Shown piece after piece: positions 61,978-64,000 of a stretch of 64,000 bases of DNA (positions are counted from its first letter, which is position 1; every line of letters begins with the position of its first letter). This DNA is from Pristiophorus japonicus (taxonomy: Eukaryota). Under the pieces are notes generated by a model. The model was not told the origin of the DNA, did no database searches, and saw only the letters and a list, made by a program, of their open reading frames with translations. The position numbers and the translations under genes are program-made. The DNA lies in assembly GCF_044704955.1 (NCBI RefSeq), contig NC_091994.1:89156001-89220000 (forward strand), read 5' to 3'.

Positions 61978-64000
61978 CTCCTTTTTAACAACTCTTAGAA
62001 ACTTTTTAAACAAATTGGGAACCTTTTATCGACTTTTAACTTTTAAAATAACTTTGGAAGTCACCTTCCTAATGCCTGCCCCCCAACCAAGCCTTGAGCC
62101 ATCCACCATCAATGGCGCTACTTGGCCCCGAGCTTGCGGCCAACATTTCGTCGTAGGCAATTAAGCTTATAGAGCTGTGCCTGGTCTCCAGTTGTCTTGG
62201 ACCCACTTGCCACTGGACCAAGACCTTGTTCAGCTAAGCCCGTGTGGTTGCCGGTGTGCAGCGGCCACCCCACGTTAAAAGAACTCACGCACAGGCATCT
62301 TTCACTTCGCTAATATGAAGTTCTGGACCTGGAACGTCAGGAACCTCATGGACAATCCCAACAGCAACAGGCCGGAACGCTGCACTGCGATAGTTGCCCG
62401 GGAACTCAGACGTTTTGATATTGACATCGCCGCCCTAAGCGAGACCCGGCGGGCAGGGGAAGGCCAGTTGAAGGAACATGGTGGAGGTTATACCTTCTTC
62501 TGCAAAGGGAAACCAGAGGCAGAATGCTGCCTTCATGGAGTCGGCTTTGCCATCAAGAATGAGCTGGTCAACCGCCTCAAAGACTCCCCCTGTGGGGTTA
62601 ACAAATGCCTCATGACCCTTCGCCTTACTCTATCCCGGAACCAATGAGCCACAGTCATCAGTGCATATGCCCCTACACTCGATGTAATGGACGAAGCTAA
62701 AGAGGGTTTTTATTCCAACCTCGAGACATCCTTGTCCCGCGTCCCCACAAATGACAAATTGATCCTCCTGGGTGATTTTAATGCCAGGGTCGGCAAAAAC
62801 ACAGCCCTCTGGGGAGGCGTGACTGGCAGAGAGGGGGTAAGGAAAGCCAACTCCAGCGGTACCCTACTCCTGACAAAATGCCTAGAACATGAACTCATCA
62901 CCAACACCCTGTTCCGCCAGAGGGACAAATACAAGGCATCATGGCAACACCCTCGCTCCAAACACTGGCACCTGCTGAACTATGTCATCGTCCGAGCCAG
63001 GGATCGCAAGGACGTGCGCATCACCCGCGCCAAGATAGGAGCTGACGACTGCTGGACGGACCACCGTCTAATCCGATCCATCATCAACATTAACATTGCG
63101 TCAAAGCAGAGGGGACAGCAGAAGCAGTTCCGCAAAAAGGTTAATGCCGGGGCACTTAGAGACCCAGCTAAGAGAGTCCTATACAGCCAGCGTCCCACAG
63201 CCAATCTGGCGTGCCTTAATGACGCTGAGATGCTGAATGCCCACAGCGCTTGGTCTGCCCTCCAGGCCTCTATAACCAGTGCCTGTGAAGAAACACTTAG
63301 TCACTGAACCAGAAAACATCAGGACTGGTTTGATGAAAATGATCAGGAGATCGAAGAACTAATAGATCGCAAGCGCAAAGCATTTCTGAACCTCAAGCTT
63401 GTTACCAATTCGGGAGCAGCAAAACAACATTACAGACGGCTCAAGGCTCAGGTCCAACAAAAAACCCGGGACCTAAAGAACAGGTGGTGGATGAAGAAAG
63501 CACAGGAGATACAACAACTGGCAGACAGCCACGATATGCGAGCATTCTTCACTACAGTCAAGGTCACCTACGGTCCAAACTCCCAAGGCCCCACCCCACT
63601 CCTGGCCAAGAATGGGGAAACACTCATCAAGGACACCGAGACTGTCAGGACCCAATGGAAGGAGCACTTCCAAGATCTCCTCAATCGAGACTCTGCCTTT
63701 GACTCGAGTGTTCTCGACTCTATCCCGCAGCATGCGACCCTCCACCAACTCAGTGAAACTCCATGTTGCACGAGGTCGGCAAAGCCATAAAACAGCTCAA
63801 GAATAACAAGGCTACGGGTGCAGATGGAATCCCTGCTGAGGCACTAAAGTATGGCGGAGAGGCGCTGTTGGCGTGGATACATGACCTCATCTCTCTCATC
63901 TGGAGGGAGGAGAGCATGCCGGGAGATCTCAGAGACGCAGTGATTGTGACCATTTTTTAAAAAGGGGGACAAGTCCGCCTGCGGCAACTACATGGAAATC
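61978..64000 (+). mobile_element. RTE LINE 5' portion (5'UTR, AP endonuclease, start of RT) inserted into Gypsy pol; carries stops and frameshifts
   Basis: MKFWTWNVR, LSETR, LGDFNARVG, WTDHRL, KATGADGIPAE. Confidence 0.92.

Overview
Vertebrate genomic DNA, most likely a cartilaginous fish (inferred from the repeat families). Three protein-coding genes are supported by exon-level homology and GT-AG boundaries. DDI2 (minus) shows only exon 1, 6507-6644, and runs off the left edge. DDOST/OST48 (minus) is complete with 11 coding exons, 8910-34573. CASP9 (plus) is complete with 9 coding exons, 40076-58978, about 411 aa, and lies head-to-head with DDOST. Much of the rest is decayed, often nested transposable elements: CR1, RTE and L2 LINEs, tRNA-derived SINEs, bipartite RTE-derived non-autonomous elements, Tc1/mariner-type MITEs, and a Gypsy LTR element interrupted by an RTE. 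The most notable observation is a Tx1-like retrotransposon inserted twice in tandem at the same 14-bp site inside a CR1 LINE, with a relative inserted in a SINE. This suggests sequence-specific targeting of other retroelements. Repeat family names rest on recalled similarity, not database searches, and most repeat boundaries are approximate.
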